A DNA stretch of 64,000 nt from positions 864,001-928,000 of the forward strand of contig CAXXUA010000005.1 of NCBI GenBank assembly GCA_963663765.2. The letters are read 5' to 3'. How positions within the stretch are numbered: position 1 is the stretch's first letter; each line of letters opens with the position of its first letter. Source of the stretch: Candidatus Poribacteria bacterium. Its GTDB lineage: Bacteria > Poribacteria > WGA-4E > WGA-3G. The notes under the pieces are model-generated. The model searched no databases, was not told where the DNA came from, and saw only the letters and a list, made by a program, of their open reading frames with translations. Positions 47,737 through 57,871 of the stretch are shown here, in pieces. A program made the translations under genes and the position numbers.

Positions 47737-50700
47737 ATGAATTTTCAAAAACACTATAACCAATATATACAAGAAATAAACCAAACACGATCCGACCCGA
47801 ATGCAACCCCCGAACTCTCTTTGCATCCACATCTCAAAACGTTCATGGAAGATGTTACTGCGGACCCAGACTGTTTTGACATTCCCAACATAATATTCAC
47901 ACTGGAACCGAGAAACATCAACCAAATCGGACGACCCGACTTCATCGCTACAAATGGATTGCTACCTATCGGTTATATTGAAGCAGAAACTTATGGGGCA
48001 GACCTAACCAACCTATCAGGACACGCCAAACAACAAAACAAACGGTTCAAGGAAAACCTTGATAACTTCGTACTCACCAATTTCATAGATTTTGAGTTGT
48101 GGATAGATGGACAATGCAACACAACAGCACGCATTACAGACAACATAGACGATTTAGCGATATTATTAGAGCGATTCCTGAAGACATCTGTCCAAATCGG
48201 CACACCGGAAGCACTCGCAAAATACCTTGCAAGACGGACACGCGAACTCCAAACACAGATCGCAACGACACTCACCGATGAGGAAAGTGAAACCTTCCGC
48301 ATGTTTACCGCGTTCAAGGAAACGTTGCTCGCGACACTAACCCCAGACGAATTTGCGGATATGTACGCGCAAACTCTTACGTATGGATTGTTCGCCGCAC
48401 GCTGCACACAGCCGAATGCAACTAATTTTTCACGGTACACCGCTGTCGGTACACTGCCGAAATCAAACCCATTCCTCATAAAACTCTTTTATCATGTCGT
48501 ATCACCACAACTTGAGACAAATGTTACCTACATTCTGGATGATATTGCAACGCTGCTCCAAAACGTTCCGACAGACATGCTCCGCACAGCGTTTACTGCC
48601 AGAAATCCTCTTGAAGACCCGGTTATACATTTTTACGAGACATTCCTAAAAGAATATAATCCGAAACTCCGCTTTGATCGCGGGGTATTTTACACACCGC
48701 CACAGGTTATCTCCTACATTGTTCGCTCAGTAGATGTCCTGCTCAAAACAGAACTCAATAAACCCGATGGACTTGCCGATGACGACACAATTATCCTCGA
48801 TCCTGCCACAGGCACAGGTGGATTTCTGCTGTCCGTGCTTAACCACATCCGCGAACATGTTACAACCTATTATGGCACCGGTGATTGGAATCAGTATGTC
48901 AACGCACAACTCGTCAAACGGATTTTCGGGTTTGAACTGCTGGTCGCGCCATATACGATTGCACATCTGAAGTTGAGTCTGTTTCTGCAAACACAAGGAT
49001 GGCGCGCTGATGAACGACTCGGTATCTATCTTACCAATGCTTTGGAACAACCGGATGAGATGCAGCCTCCGTTGCCTTTTGCTGCGTTCATATCTGACGA
49101 AGCGAACGCGGCACTCTCTGTGAAACGGGACGAACCGTTACTTGTCATTCTCGGTAATCCACCTTATAAGCGTCATTCTGTTAACCCAAGTCGTGTGGGC
49201 AGAAACTTAACCTTTATTGGTGAACTCATTGAGGATTATAAACAGGTAGATGGAAAACCACTTGATGAAGCAACCTCAAAAGCACTCCAAGATGACTATG
49301 TGAAGTTTATTCGGTGGGCACAGTGGCGAATTGATAAAAACGGTGAGGGAGTTATTGGTTATATTGTTAATAATAATTTCCTTGATGCACCTACTACTCG
49401 CGGCATGCGGCAAAATTTGTTAGACAGTTTCAATGCTATCTATGTGCTCAATTTGCACGGTAGTAACAGGAAAACAGAAGCGGTGCCAACAAGTCAGGGA
49501 GATGAAAACGTCTTTGATATCTCACAAGGAGTCTCCATTCTTTTATGTATAAAACAACGCGATAATCTTGATGCTACAAAGGTCTATCACGCTGATATGT
49601 GGGGATCCCGAGAAGAGAGATATAGGACACTTTCAGAAACCGATGTCCAATCTACGACGTGGTGTGAACTACAACCGAAATCACCTTATTACCTTTTTGT
49701 ACCGCAAGAAATGGACTACAGTGCTGAATATGAAAGCGGATGGAAAATTACAGACATCTTCCAAACGAGTTCTATTGGAATTGTCACCGCGCGAGATAAT
49801 TTGACAATTCATCGGACTCCTGAAGCGATTCGTGAAACGGTGACGGGTTTTGTTTCACTCTCTGTAGACGAGGCGCGAGAGCAGTACAGGTTGCCAAGGG
49901 ACACTCGAGATTGGAAAGTGCCTCTTGCCCAAGCGGATCTCCGTAACCATCCTGATGCAGAACAACACATCCAACCTATTTACTATCGTCCATGTGATAC
50001 ACGTTGGACGTACTACACAGGAAGATCGCGTGGATTTCACTGTATGCCTCGTCCTAAAAATATGCCTCATCTCCTCAAGGAAAATCTTGCCCTATGTGTT
50101 TGTCGTGTTGTTGCAAACATCAAGTGGCAACACGCCTTGGCAACTGACAAAATAACAGAAAATCGTTATGTCTCAAACAAAGGAAGTGAATCCGGACATG
50201 TGTTTCCGCTCTACTTGTATCCAGATTCAGAAGGACTATTAGGCTCAACAGAACCTGAACTCAATTTCAAACCCGAATTTCTCACTGCTCTCTCGGAGAC
50301 GTTGCAACTTCCACAAACCCCACCGTTTCAACTCCCCGAAGGCATTGCACCAGAGCAGATCCTCGCCTATATCTACGCCGTGCTTTATAGTCCAACCTAT
50401 CGAAAACGTTATTATGAGTTTCTAAAATACGACTTCCCGCGTATCCCTTTACAACAAGATATTGACGAATTCTGCTTACTTGCAGAGTATGGACAAGAAT
50501 TAATTGATCTGCATCTCTTAAAGGATAAGAATATACCCCATCGCCATTTATTTGAGGGAGAAGGAGATGGCGTAGTCTCAAAACTTCGTTATGAAGATGG
50601 CAATGTCTGGATCAACAACGCACAGTATTTCACGAATGTCCCTCCAGAAGTATGGGAATATGAGGTCGGAGCGTATCAGGTGTGTGAAAAATGGCTAAAA

Positions 50701-50817
50701 GATCGGAAAGGAGAAACGTTAAGTCATGAGGAGATCCGTCTATATCCTATGATTGTGGTTTCCATCACAGAAACACTACGGATGATGGAGGCAATAGAAT
50801 GGGTGCTTGAGTTTTAA
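47737..50817 (+). CDS. Single-chain type IIG / type ISP-like restriction-modification enzyme (N6-adenine MTase, nuclease, C-terminal specificity domain)
   Basis: RPDF..YIEAE nuclease motif; GVFYTP, ILDPATGTGGF, GNPPY, DDYVKFIR, FPRIP and GAYQVCEKWLKDRK. Start placed at ATG 47737, which follows TTGCAT-17-TACAAT. Confidence 0.92.
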   Translation: MNFQKHYNQYIQEINQTRSDPNATPELSLHPHLKTFMEDVTADPDCFDIPNIIFTLEPRNINQIGRPDFIATNGLLPIGYIEAETYGADLTNLSGHAKQQNKRFKENLDNFVLTNFIDFELWIDGQCNTTARITDNIDDLAILLERFLKTSVQIGTPEALAKYLARRTRELQTQIATTLTDEESETFRMFTAFKETLLATLTPDEFADMYAQTLTYGLFAARCTQPNATNFSRYTAVGTLPKSNPFLIKLFYHVVSPQLETNVTYILDDIATLLQNVPTDMLRTAFTARNPLEDPVIHFYETFLKEYNPKLRFDRGVFYTPPQVISYIVRSVDVLLKTELNKPDGLADDDTIILDPATGTGGFLLSVLNHIREHVTTYYGTGDWNQYVNAQLVKRIFGFELLVAPYTIAHLKLSLFLQTQGWRADERLGIYLTNALEQPDEMQPPLPFAAFISDEANAALSVKRDEPLLVILGNPPYKRHSVNPSRVGRNLTFIGELIEDYKQVDGKPLDEATSKALQDDYVKFIRWAQWRIDKNGEGVIGYIVNNNFLDAPTTRGMRQNLLDSFNAIYVLNLHGSNRKTEAVPTSQGDENVFDISQGVSILLCIKQRDNLDATKVYHADMWGSREERYRTLSETDVQSTTWCELQPKSPYYLFVPQEMDYSAEYESGWKITDIFQTSSIGIVTARDNLTIHRTPEAIRETVTGFVSLSVDEAREQYRLPRDTRDWKVPLAQADLRNHPDAEQHIQPIYYRPCDTRWTYYTGRSRGFHCMPRPKNMPHLLKENLALCVCRVVANIKWQHALATDKITENRYVSNKGSESGHVFPLYLYPDSEGLLGSTEPELNFKPEFLTALSETLQLPQTPPFQLPEGIAPEQILAYIYAVLYSPTYRKRYYEFLKYDFPRIPLQQDIDEFCLLAEYGQELIDLHLLKDKNIPHRHLFEGEGDGVVSKLRYEDGNVWINNAQYFTNVPPEVWEYEVGAYQVCEKWLKDRKGETLSHEEIRLYPMIVVSITETLRMMEAIEWVLEF

Positions 50818-50939
50818 CTGTTGCAATACCACTCTAATTGACATATTATCAGTATGATGAATTTTGACGATCTGTTTTATAGAGGTTATTATGACTGAAA
50901 GACAATTATTATTTACTTTAGATAGTGATGCCTTCCAAG

Positions 50940-51185
50940 TCATCTACAGACAGTAATTGAGGTGTACGCAAGTAAATTTTCCTTCGCTAATTCCAACGCT
51001 GGTACAGCTTACGAGCGGCAAAAAGAAGGGAACTCCTCCAAAAACTCGTCTAAGTCATCACCTGCTTCCAAATAGTCAATAAGGTTTTTGATGGGAACAC
51101 GCGTATTTTTGAAAACAGGTGTACCACTCATAATCCGCGGATTGCAAGTAATGATGTCTTTAAAAAACTGTTCGTCAAATTTCAT
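50940..51185 (-). pseudogene. DUF433 antitoxin-like gene with a premature stop
   Basis: IMSGTPVFKNTRVPIKNLIDYLEAG...FPSFCRS*AVPALELAKENLLA. Confidence 0.8.
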
Positions 51186-51222
51186 GAGTACGTTTCTCTT
51201 TGAAGAAAAATCCGACAGCAAT

Positions 51223-51438
51223 TCAAGCAGATTTCCGCACCTCAAAAAGTTCATGCCGCAGCAGCATAAGTTGCGATGCTTGTAACGTCTCTAAAGCATA
51301 CGTCCGACCTTTGCGATCACAAAATTCAACTTAAAAGACATTCGATTCATATTCTTCAACAATAGTACCGATCTGTCCACGGCATAATTTGAGTGTTGGT
51401 AGGTCTTCTATGAGTGCAACCGTATCAAGTAACTTCAT
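51223..51438 (-). pseudogene. DUF4926 gene copy with an internal TAA
   Basis: MKLLDTVALIEDLPTLKLCRGQIGTIVEEYESNVF*VEFCDRKGRTYALETL; paralog of 53417-53632. Confidence 0.85.
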
Positions 51439-51493
51439 TAAGTTCTCCTGTCAAGCATCGTAGGACTTTGTACTGACCATTCAAAACGCAGAA

Positions 51494-51805
51494 TTAAGTG
51501 GCACCTTTTCTTTTCTTCTTTTCCCATTCTCTTGCATCTTCTCGCGTCGTGCGTCTTCCAACTTGGTGAACATAAACATCTTTACCGTAATCTCGTTGAA
51601 GTTCCTTTTCACGTCGGTGTAAGTCATTCGTAATTCCATTACGGATAATTTTGTCCCCTTGTTTAAGCTGGTATTTATAGGTATCCCGTTTGGGTTCTAT
51701 CTGGACTCCTCTTGCCTCAAGAACTTCCTTGACTGCTCGTTTTATTTTTGACCTTGGGATTTGTCCTCGCTTAGGAGGATATTTGACAATTCTCTGTCTT
51801 GACAT
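51494..51805 (-). CDS. Small basic protein with a minimal GIY-YIG-like nuclease domain
   Basis: TYKYQLKQGDKIIRNGITNDLHRREKE..AREWE pattern; GGAGGTG RBS. Confidence 0.6.
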   Translation of the reverse strand: MSRQRIVKYPPKRGQIPRSKIKRAVKEVLEARGVQIEPKRDTYKYQLKQGDKIIRNGITNDLHRREKELQRDYGKDVYVHQVGRRTTREDAREWEKKKRKGAT

Positions 51806-51829
51806 TTTTAATCACCTCCATAGAATAGG

Positions 51830-52462
51830 TTATAGTTTGCTATTTGATTGAAGATCTAACCACTCTGCTATAGCAAAAATATAATCATTGAAGTACTCCA
51901 GGTCTTCAACTTCTAAACGAAGTCCCTGAACGACCTGAGGTAAATCGTTCAGAAAACTTTGGTAACGTTTCCAAATAATTCCACCACCTGGAATGGTCTG
52001 TCGATCCGATACGGTGAGAAGCCAATTTCGAACAACCCTTACCACTTCCTCAGGATTATTGTTATGCACAAAAATATCTTGACCGGAAATATCTGAAATA
52101 AACTTTTGATACCGATACGGTTCTCTATCCAACACAAGGCATTTTTTTGTTTTCTGTTCTTCTATACCGAATCTCTTTGCCCCAAGAAAAATTCCCAACT
52201 CTAAGGGCATGTTAAACCGAGGAAGACCTGAAGTCTCATCTAATTCCGTTCTGGATATATCATGAATCCCATAGCGGCAATCCTCAATAATGTTATAAAT
52301 CTTATCAATCCGAACTTGACTTGTGTCTCCTGCCTCAAGCGCACAACGGGCAATAAAACCGCAATCATGCACGGCAAATATCATTGCATCAAACAAAGGT
52401 TTGTAATCTGAGTCAAACGGACAATTAATAAAAACATTGTTATTATAATGGGTTGAATTCAT
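51830..52462 (-). CDS. Hypothetical protein with a TIR/nucleoside-deoxyribosyltransferase-like fold
   Basis: VFINCPFD, IEDCRYGIHDIS, NMPLELG and FISDISG motifs. Confidence 0.65.
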   Translation of the reverse strand: MNSTHYNNNVFINCPFDSDYKPLFDAMIFAVHDCGFIARCALEAGDTSQVRIDKIYNIIEDCRYGIHDISRTELDETSGLPRFNMPLELGIFLGAKRFGIEEQKTKKCLVLDREPYRYQKFISDISGQDIFVHNNNPEEVVRVVRNWLLTVSDRQTIPGGGIIWKRYQSFLNDLPQVVQGLRLEVEDLEYFNDYIFAIAEWLDLQSNSKL

Positions 52463-52570
52463 GAATTCCTACTCGTTTTACATAAGTAGAAGTTTTTTTG
52501 AAAACAATTTAGCACATTCTTTGTAAAGTATACCATAAATTTTATGAATTTTCAATCTTTTGGAAAACCC

Positions 52571-52753
52571 GGGTGTGTAAAGTTTTGGTTACTGTGCGTA
52601 GGGGCGGGGTCTCCCCGCCCGAACAGAAGTTTTACGCGGGCGAGGAGACCTCGCCCCTACGATGTCCACAGTTCCCTAACGTCAAGTAAGCTTTAATAGA
52701 AACTGGACGGACTTCTTTTAAAATCTGGGTTTCTACAAAAACTTTACACACCC
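52571..52753. mobile_element. 183-bp MITE with GGGTGTGTAAAG ends, 8-bp TSD GAAAACCC and a REP doublet
   Basis: TIRs match the 8340 IS; TSD at 52563-52570 and 52754-52761. Confidence 0.92.
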
Positions 52754-52772
52754 GAAAACCCAAATGCACCTT

Positions 52773-53390
52773 TCAGTTTGTATCAGTTACGGATTTGAAC
52801 ACAGAATCAACTGCCCCAAAAAGCGTGGATAAATTAGCCAAGGCAAAGTCTGTTCTGTTTTGCGTAAAGGTATCTCCGATAAGTCGTCCAAACTGCCATA
52901 ATGTTCCATCGGTGACAATACCGTACACGGGTAGGGCTGCGCCATCGTTCACTTTTTCAGCATTTATTTTTTGGGCGGCGACTAACTCCACCAGACATTG
53001 CCCCCATCCCTGCTCAAAGTCGTTTTTCTTCGCCTCAACGAGCAGTATCAACGGACTTCCAACAACGGTTTTGCCTAATTCAGATTTAGTAGAGATTAAA
53101 TAATCTGGTGTTCCGCTCAAAATGTCGTCGTAAGTGATGGTTTGCTTTATCCAAAGTGCGTATCGATCGGCATAGGCTTTATAACTCTCCTTCAAAACAG
53201 GAAAGATAATCGTCTCACACCGTGATGCTTCAGACGCAAAAACGTTGATATGTTCTCGGGTAAATTCAAAGTCTTGCAGAAACGCCATCGAAGGCGTTGC
53301 CGGTTCAGCTTCAACGAAGTCATCTTCCGCATAAGTGACTCTGAACTTTTCTTGTACCTCAGAGATTGTCTTAAAATCGCTAAACGCCAT
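52773..53390 (-). CDS. PD-(D/E)XK restriction-endonuclease-like protein (HsdR N-terminal-like)
   Basis: SGTPDYL, LVEAKK, GWGQCLVEL and YGIVTDGTLWQF motifs. Confidence 0.8.
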   Translation of the reverse strand: MAFSDFKTISEVQEKFRVTYAEDDFVEAEPATPSMAFLQDFEFTREHINVFASEASRCETIIFPVLKESYKAYADRYALWIKQTITYDDILSGTPDYLISTKSELGKTVVGSPLILLVEAKKNDFEQGWGQCLVELVAAQKINAEKVNDGAALPVYGIVTDGTLWQFGRLIGDTFTQNRTDFALANLSTLFGAVDSVFKSVTDTN

Positions 53391-53416
53391 GATATTATTC
53401 TCTATTCAAGTCAGAA

Positions 53417-53632
53417 TTAAGCAGATCTCCGTTTTTCAAAAAGTTCATGCCGCAGCAGCATGAGTTGCGATACTTGTAACGTCTCTAAAGCATACGTGCG
53501 ACCTTTGAGATCGCAAAACTCAACTTCAAATACCTCCGGTTCATATACCTCAACAACAGTGCCGACCTGTCCACGGTATAATTTGAGTGTTGGTAGGTCT
53601 TCTATGAGTGCAACCGTATCAAATAGTTTCAT
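53417..53632 (-). CDS. DUF4926 domain protein
   Basis: LFDTVAL..L.RGQVGTVVEVY....FEVEF.D..GRTYA motif. Confidence 0.9.
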   Translation of the reverse strand: MKLFDTVALIEDLPTLKLYRGQVGTVVEVYEPEVFEVEFCDLKGRTYALETLQVSQLMLLRHELFEKRRSA

Positions 53633-53770
53633 TGGGTTCTCCATTACAAGTATACCTTATTCTAAACCTATCTGCAAATTATGATTGCTTATGGTGTTAC
53701 GGTACATAAGAGCGTGCCTACTACTTTTAAGTCGTGAGCTGGAGCTCACTCCTACATGAAGATGTAGTAA

Positions 53771-55042
53771 TCAAGCATATAACTTTTGCAGCACCTCAAA
53801 ATAATCAGGAAACGTCTTACTTACACAACCCGGATCATTGATCCGAATACCAGGCACCTTCAACCCGATAAGCGAAAACGCCATCGCTACACGGTGATCG
53901 TCATAAGTATCAATCGTTGCGGGTGTAATCGGAGAAGGAGAAATCTCAAGTCCATCTTGATGTTCAACCACAGACACACCCAATTTTCGCAGTTCTATCA
54001 CCATCGCGTGAATCCTGTCCGTCTCTTGCCAGCGAGTATGCTCAATGTTTCGGATAGTGACTTTGCTATCAGCAAACGGGGCAATCGCAGCAAGCGTCAA
54101 CGCAGTATCCGAAATGTCTTTCATATCAACATCAATACCTTTCAACTGATGAGGTCCCCGAACACTAATACCAGCATCAGAAGCAGAGACTTGGCACCCC
54201 ATCTGTTCTAATTTGTGGATAAATTGTACATCCCCTTGTGCAGAACTTGTGGATAAGTGCTTTACGGTTACACATCCCCCCGTAAGTGCTGCAGCAGCGA
54301 AGAAGTAGGACGCACTGGAAGCATCAGGTTCAATGTGATAAGTACGCGCTTGATATTGCTGTCCATCAGCAATGTGGAAATGTTGATAACCTGTGTGGAT
54401 AACCTGTGCATTGAATGCCTCCATTACCGACATCGTAATGTCAATATAAGGCGTTTTGAGATCGCCGACGACCTCAATCTCCATACCGTTTTTAGCACAC
54501 GGAGCAACAAGCAGCAACGCAGTTAAAAACTGGCTGCTTTTACTGGCATCAAGTTTGGTTTTTCCTCCTTCAAGTCCTTGCGCTTCAACAATCACAGGGA
54601 GATGACCATTCTCAAATTTGGACCGGACATTAACACCAAGCAATCGCAACGCATCAAGCAAATCTGACATCGGACGACTGCGCCGCATCGGTTCATCACC
54701 ATCAATCACAAACTTGCCGTGACCGAGAGAAACGAAACTGATAAGCGATCGTGTCGTCGTCCCTGAATTCCCTACATAGAGGTCAGCACCCTGAGCAGGA
54801 ATACGTCCAGCATGTCCTGACACATGAAAGGACGCTTGTTCCCTATTTTCTGTAATAGAGAACCCCAGTTTTCGGAGGGCATTGCACATATAGTGCGTAT
54901 CATCACTGAAAAGCGCACCTGTCAACGTTGACTCTCCGTGTGCAAGTGCAGCAACTAACAGTGCACGATTGGTATAACTTTTTGAACCAGGAACTTCTAT
55001 GGTAGTGTTTGGTGGGGTGTTAATCGGTTGTATTTCTATCAT
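53771..55042 (-). CDS. aroA: 3-phosphoshikimate 1-carboxyvinyltransferase
   Basis: PGSKSYTNRA, GNSGTT, SSQFLTA, EPDASSASYF, ETDRI, DDHRVAM and KTFPDYF motifs. Confidence 0.97.
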   Translation of the reverse strand: MIEIQPINTPPNTTIEVPGSKSYTNRALLVAALAHGESTLTGALFSDDTHYMCNALRKLGFSITENREQASFHVSGHAGRIPAQGADLYVGNSGTTTRSLISFVSLGHGKFVIDGDEPMRRSRPMSDLLDALRLLGVNVRSKFENGHLPVIVEAQGLEGGKTKLDASKSSQFLTALLLVAPCAKNGMEIEVVGDLKTPYIDITMSVMEAFNAQVIHTGYQHFHIADGQQYQARTYHIEPDASSASYFFAAAALTGGCVTVKHLSTSSAQGDVQFIHKLEQMGCQVSASDAGISVRGPHQLKGIDVDMKDISDTALTLAAIAPFADSKVTIRNIEHTRWQETDRIHAMVIELRKLGVSVVEHQDGLEISPSPITPATIDTYDDHRVAMAFSLIGLKVPGIRINDPGCVSKTFPDYFEVLQKLYA

Positions 55043-55049
55043 GTAACAT

Positions 55050-55964
55050 TTAGTGCAAGATACCTAAATCAGCAAGCAACGTAGTGAGTTCCGTTTTGGC
55101 AGTATCACTAACAGGCAGCAGCGGACTTGTCGTATATGCATTGCATATATCCATAATCTCCAAGCATGCCTTAATACCACTAACCCCTTGTCCATAATTA
55201 TAAAGTTTGCTAAGTTTGACGAAGAAACTTTGGAGTCTCTCAACTTCATCAATATCACGGTCTTTCGCGGCGTTGTAGAGTGCAACTGCTTCCTTTGGAG
55301 CGACATTGGAAATTGAGATGATACCACCTTCAGCACCGAATAGCACCGCTGCCCCAACAAGAAAATGCGAACCGATCATAATGGAAAAGTCCTGACGATC
55401 ACCTAAAAGTGTCGATAAATTCAAGAAGTTCACCCAATCAGCAGAACTATCTTTTATACCGACGATGTTATCACATTCTTCTGCCAACTGTGCAACCACA
55501 CGCGGTTTAATAAAGGTCTTAGCCGTAACAGGAATATTGTAAATCATTACTGGGAGATCAGTGCTTGCGGTGACCGCCTTATAGAACTGGATTATATCCG
55601 CGTCATCAACGGAGGGATAATAGTAACACGGAGTCGTAGCAACAGCATCAAACCCAAATTGTTGTGCGATTTCTATGTTTTGTATCACGCGTTGTGTGCT
55701 GGTATCCATTACACAACAGATAACTGGAACCCGTCCTGCAATAGTCTTACTCGCAATGTCCATTGCACGTTCCCGCTCTGCTTGCACCAACGTCGTGAAC
55801 TCACCAGAGGAACCCAGCAGATAAATGCCGTGAACGCCACTATCAATCAAGCGGGTAAGTTGTCTTACAAACCCAAGTTCGTCAACACGTTCTTTTTCAT
55901 CCAAGGGTGTCACCGTAGGTGCGAAAATACCTTCATATTGAATATCCATTGTTGTCCCTTTCAT
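55050..55964 (-). CDS. Dihydrodipicolinate synthase/N-acetylneuraminate lyase family aldolase
   Basis: GSSGEF, YNIP and GIKDSS motifs. Confidence 0.9.
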   Translation of the reverse strand: MKGTTMDIQYEGIFAPTVTPLDEKERVDELGFVRQLTRLIDSGVHGIYLLGSSGEFTTLVQAERERAMDIASKTIAGRVPVICCVMDTSTQRVIQNIEIAQQFGFDAVATTPCYYYPSVDDADIIQFYKAVTASTDLPVMIYNIPVTAKTFIKPRVVAQLAEECDNIVGIKDSSADWVNFLNLSTLLGDRQDFSIMIGSHFLVGAAVLFGAEGGIISISNVAPKEAVALYNAAKDRDIDEVERLQSFFVKLSKLYNYGQGVSGIKACLEIMDICNAYTTSPLLPVSDTAKTELTTLLADLGILH

Positions 55965-56080
55965 ATTTATTGGAAATATACCTTAAATGCAGTTTAACAA
56001 AGCACGAATTAAATGTCAATAACTTCCAATAATGTGCTATCATTATATTGGTATTTAGAACCTTTGCGGAATAATGACTT

Positions 56081-57871
56081 ATGAAAATCAGAACACAACT
56101 CGCACTTAGCTACATAGGTATCGTCCTTCTCGTGCTACTTGCTGTCTACTTTTTTCTTGGAGAAGCACTAAAAGGACTACTCAGCGATCGCATTACCAAT
56201 GAGTTGAAAGTGCAGGCTGCACTCACAAGAGAGTTCTTGGTTGAGGCACTCCCTAAAGAAGAGAACTTTACATATCAAGCAATTGATGGACTTGTAGACC
56301 GTCTCGGACAAACAGGAAATGTCCGTTTGACCTTTATTGGGGAAGATGGCACTGTCTGGGGGGATACAGAACGGGATGGACAATTACTACTCGAGATGGA
56401 CAACCACCTTTCACGGCCAGAAGTGCGGGAGGCTATTGAGAAAGGCAGCGGAATTCAAAACAGACGTAGTGACACAACAAACATAGAATACCGTTACTAT
56501 GTGCTGCCTACTGAACAAAATGGAAAATCTATAGGATATTGTCGGGTAGCACTGCCGATAGAAACGTTAAATACCGCTCTTGGCAACCTACAACGTTTGC
56601 TACTGTATACAATCATAGCTGGATCGGTTCTGGTAATCTTGTTCGGTATTTTTAGCACCGGTGCAATCGTCAAACCGATTAACAAATTAACGCAGATCAC
56701 ACAATCCATCGCTGCTGGAGAAAGTACTTCTCGCGTTGAAGTAATATCTGAAAACGAACTCGGACAACTCTCAAGACATTTCAATCTCATGACAGATAGA
56801 GTTCAACAACAGATTGACATGATCTCCTTAGAAAATCAACGTTTAGAAACCATCTTGAACAATATGAGCGAAGGTGTCCTGTTGGTAAATGGTGCATCAG
56901 AAATAACTTATGCGAATCCTGCCGCTGTGGTCATGTTGAACCTACCAGATGAATATATCGGCAGAGCATTGATTGAAATTAACCGCATTCCTGAACTGCA
57001 GGCTCTACTTATGGCAGCAGAACAGACTGACACCGTTGCTTTTGCCGAAATACGTCTTGCCAATCTCACTGAGTCAGAGGCGGAAGTGACAATCGTTCCC
57101 GTAGCCGCCGAGAGTGAGTATGTTATCGTCATCCATGATGTTAGCCATGTCCGAAAATTAGAACGTATCCGTGCTGATTTCGTAGCAAATGTTTCACACG
57201 AATTACGTACACCTTTGACTACAATACACGGTTATGCCGAAACACTGTTGAACAACAGTTCTATCAAAAACAAGAAACGTAAAGAGTTCATTATAAAAAT
57301 ACTAAACCATTCTTCTCGTCTAACACGATTGGTCTCTGATTTGCTGGAATTAGCACGGCTTGAATCTGGCGATGTAGAGTTGACACGGGAACTATGCCAT
57401 CTCAATGATTTCCATGAACAAATATTAGATGTATTTGAACCGGTATTAGAAGAGTCAGATTTAGTCTTGAATTGGAATATACCCGAGGACTTACCTGAAA
57501 TAAGTGTTGACAAGCAACTTTTCATGCAGGTTTTCGTCAATCTCATTGACAATGCAGTAAAATATACACCTGATGGAGGAGAAATTGACGTATCCGCAGA
57601 AAAGGGAGGAACAGATACGGACATCGCTGATGAAATCGTAGTCCATATCAAAGATGCTGGAATCGGAATCCCATTAGAATCCCAATCCCGCGTTTTTGAG
57701 CGGTTTTATCGGGTTGACAAAGGACGCGCACGCAAAATGGGGGGTACCGGTTTAGGGTTGGCAATTGCAAAACATATCTTACTGTGCCACAACGGACGGA
57801 TATGGTTGGAAAGCGAATTGGGACAAGGTACTGTCTTTCATTTTGCAATACCGCTTGGAAAACTACGTTAA
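56081..57871 (+). CDS. PhoR-like sensor histidine kinase (HAMP, PAS, HisKA, HATPase)
   Basis: DNHLSRPEV, DFVANVSHELRTPLT, NLIDNAVKY, FERFYRVDKGR and GGTGLGLAI motifs. Confidence 0.93.
   Translation: MKIRTQLALSYIGIVLLVLLAVYFFLGEALKGLLSDRITNELKVQAALTREFLVEALPKEENFTYQAIDGLVDRLGQTGNVRLTFIGEDGTVWGDTERDGQLLLEMDNHLSRPEVREAIEKGSGIQNRRSDTTNIEYRYYVLPTEQNGKSIGYCRVALPIETLNTALGNLQRLLLYTIIAGSVLVILFGIFSTGAIVKPINKLTQITQSIAAGESTSRVEVISENELGQLSRHFNLMTDRVQQQIDMISLENQRLETILNNMSEGVLLVNGASEITYANPAAVVMLNLPDEYIGRALIEINRIPELQALLMAAEQTDTVAFAEIRLANLTESEAEVTIVPVAAESEYVIVIHDVSHVRKLERIRADFVANVSHELRTPLTTIHGYAETLLNNSSIKNKKRKEFIIKILNHSSRLTRLVSDLLELARLESGDVELTRELCHLNDFHEQILDVFEPVLEESDLVLNWNIPEDLPEISVDKQLFMQVFVNLIDNAVKYTPDGGEIDVSAEKGGTDTDIADEIVVHIKDAGIGIPLESQSRVFERFYRVDKGRARKMGGTGLGLAIAKHILLCHNGRIWLESELGQGTVFHFAIPLGKLR

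Noticed and set aside
50940-53632. Integron cassette array
   Set aside because: No attC-like RYYYAAC...GTTRRRY palindromes between the genes, and no integrase.
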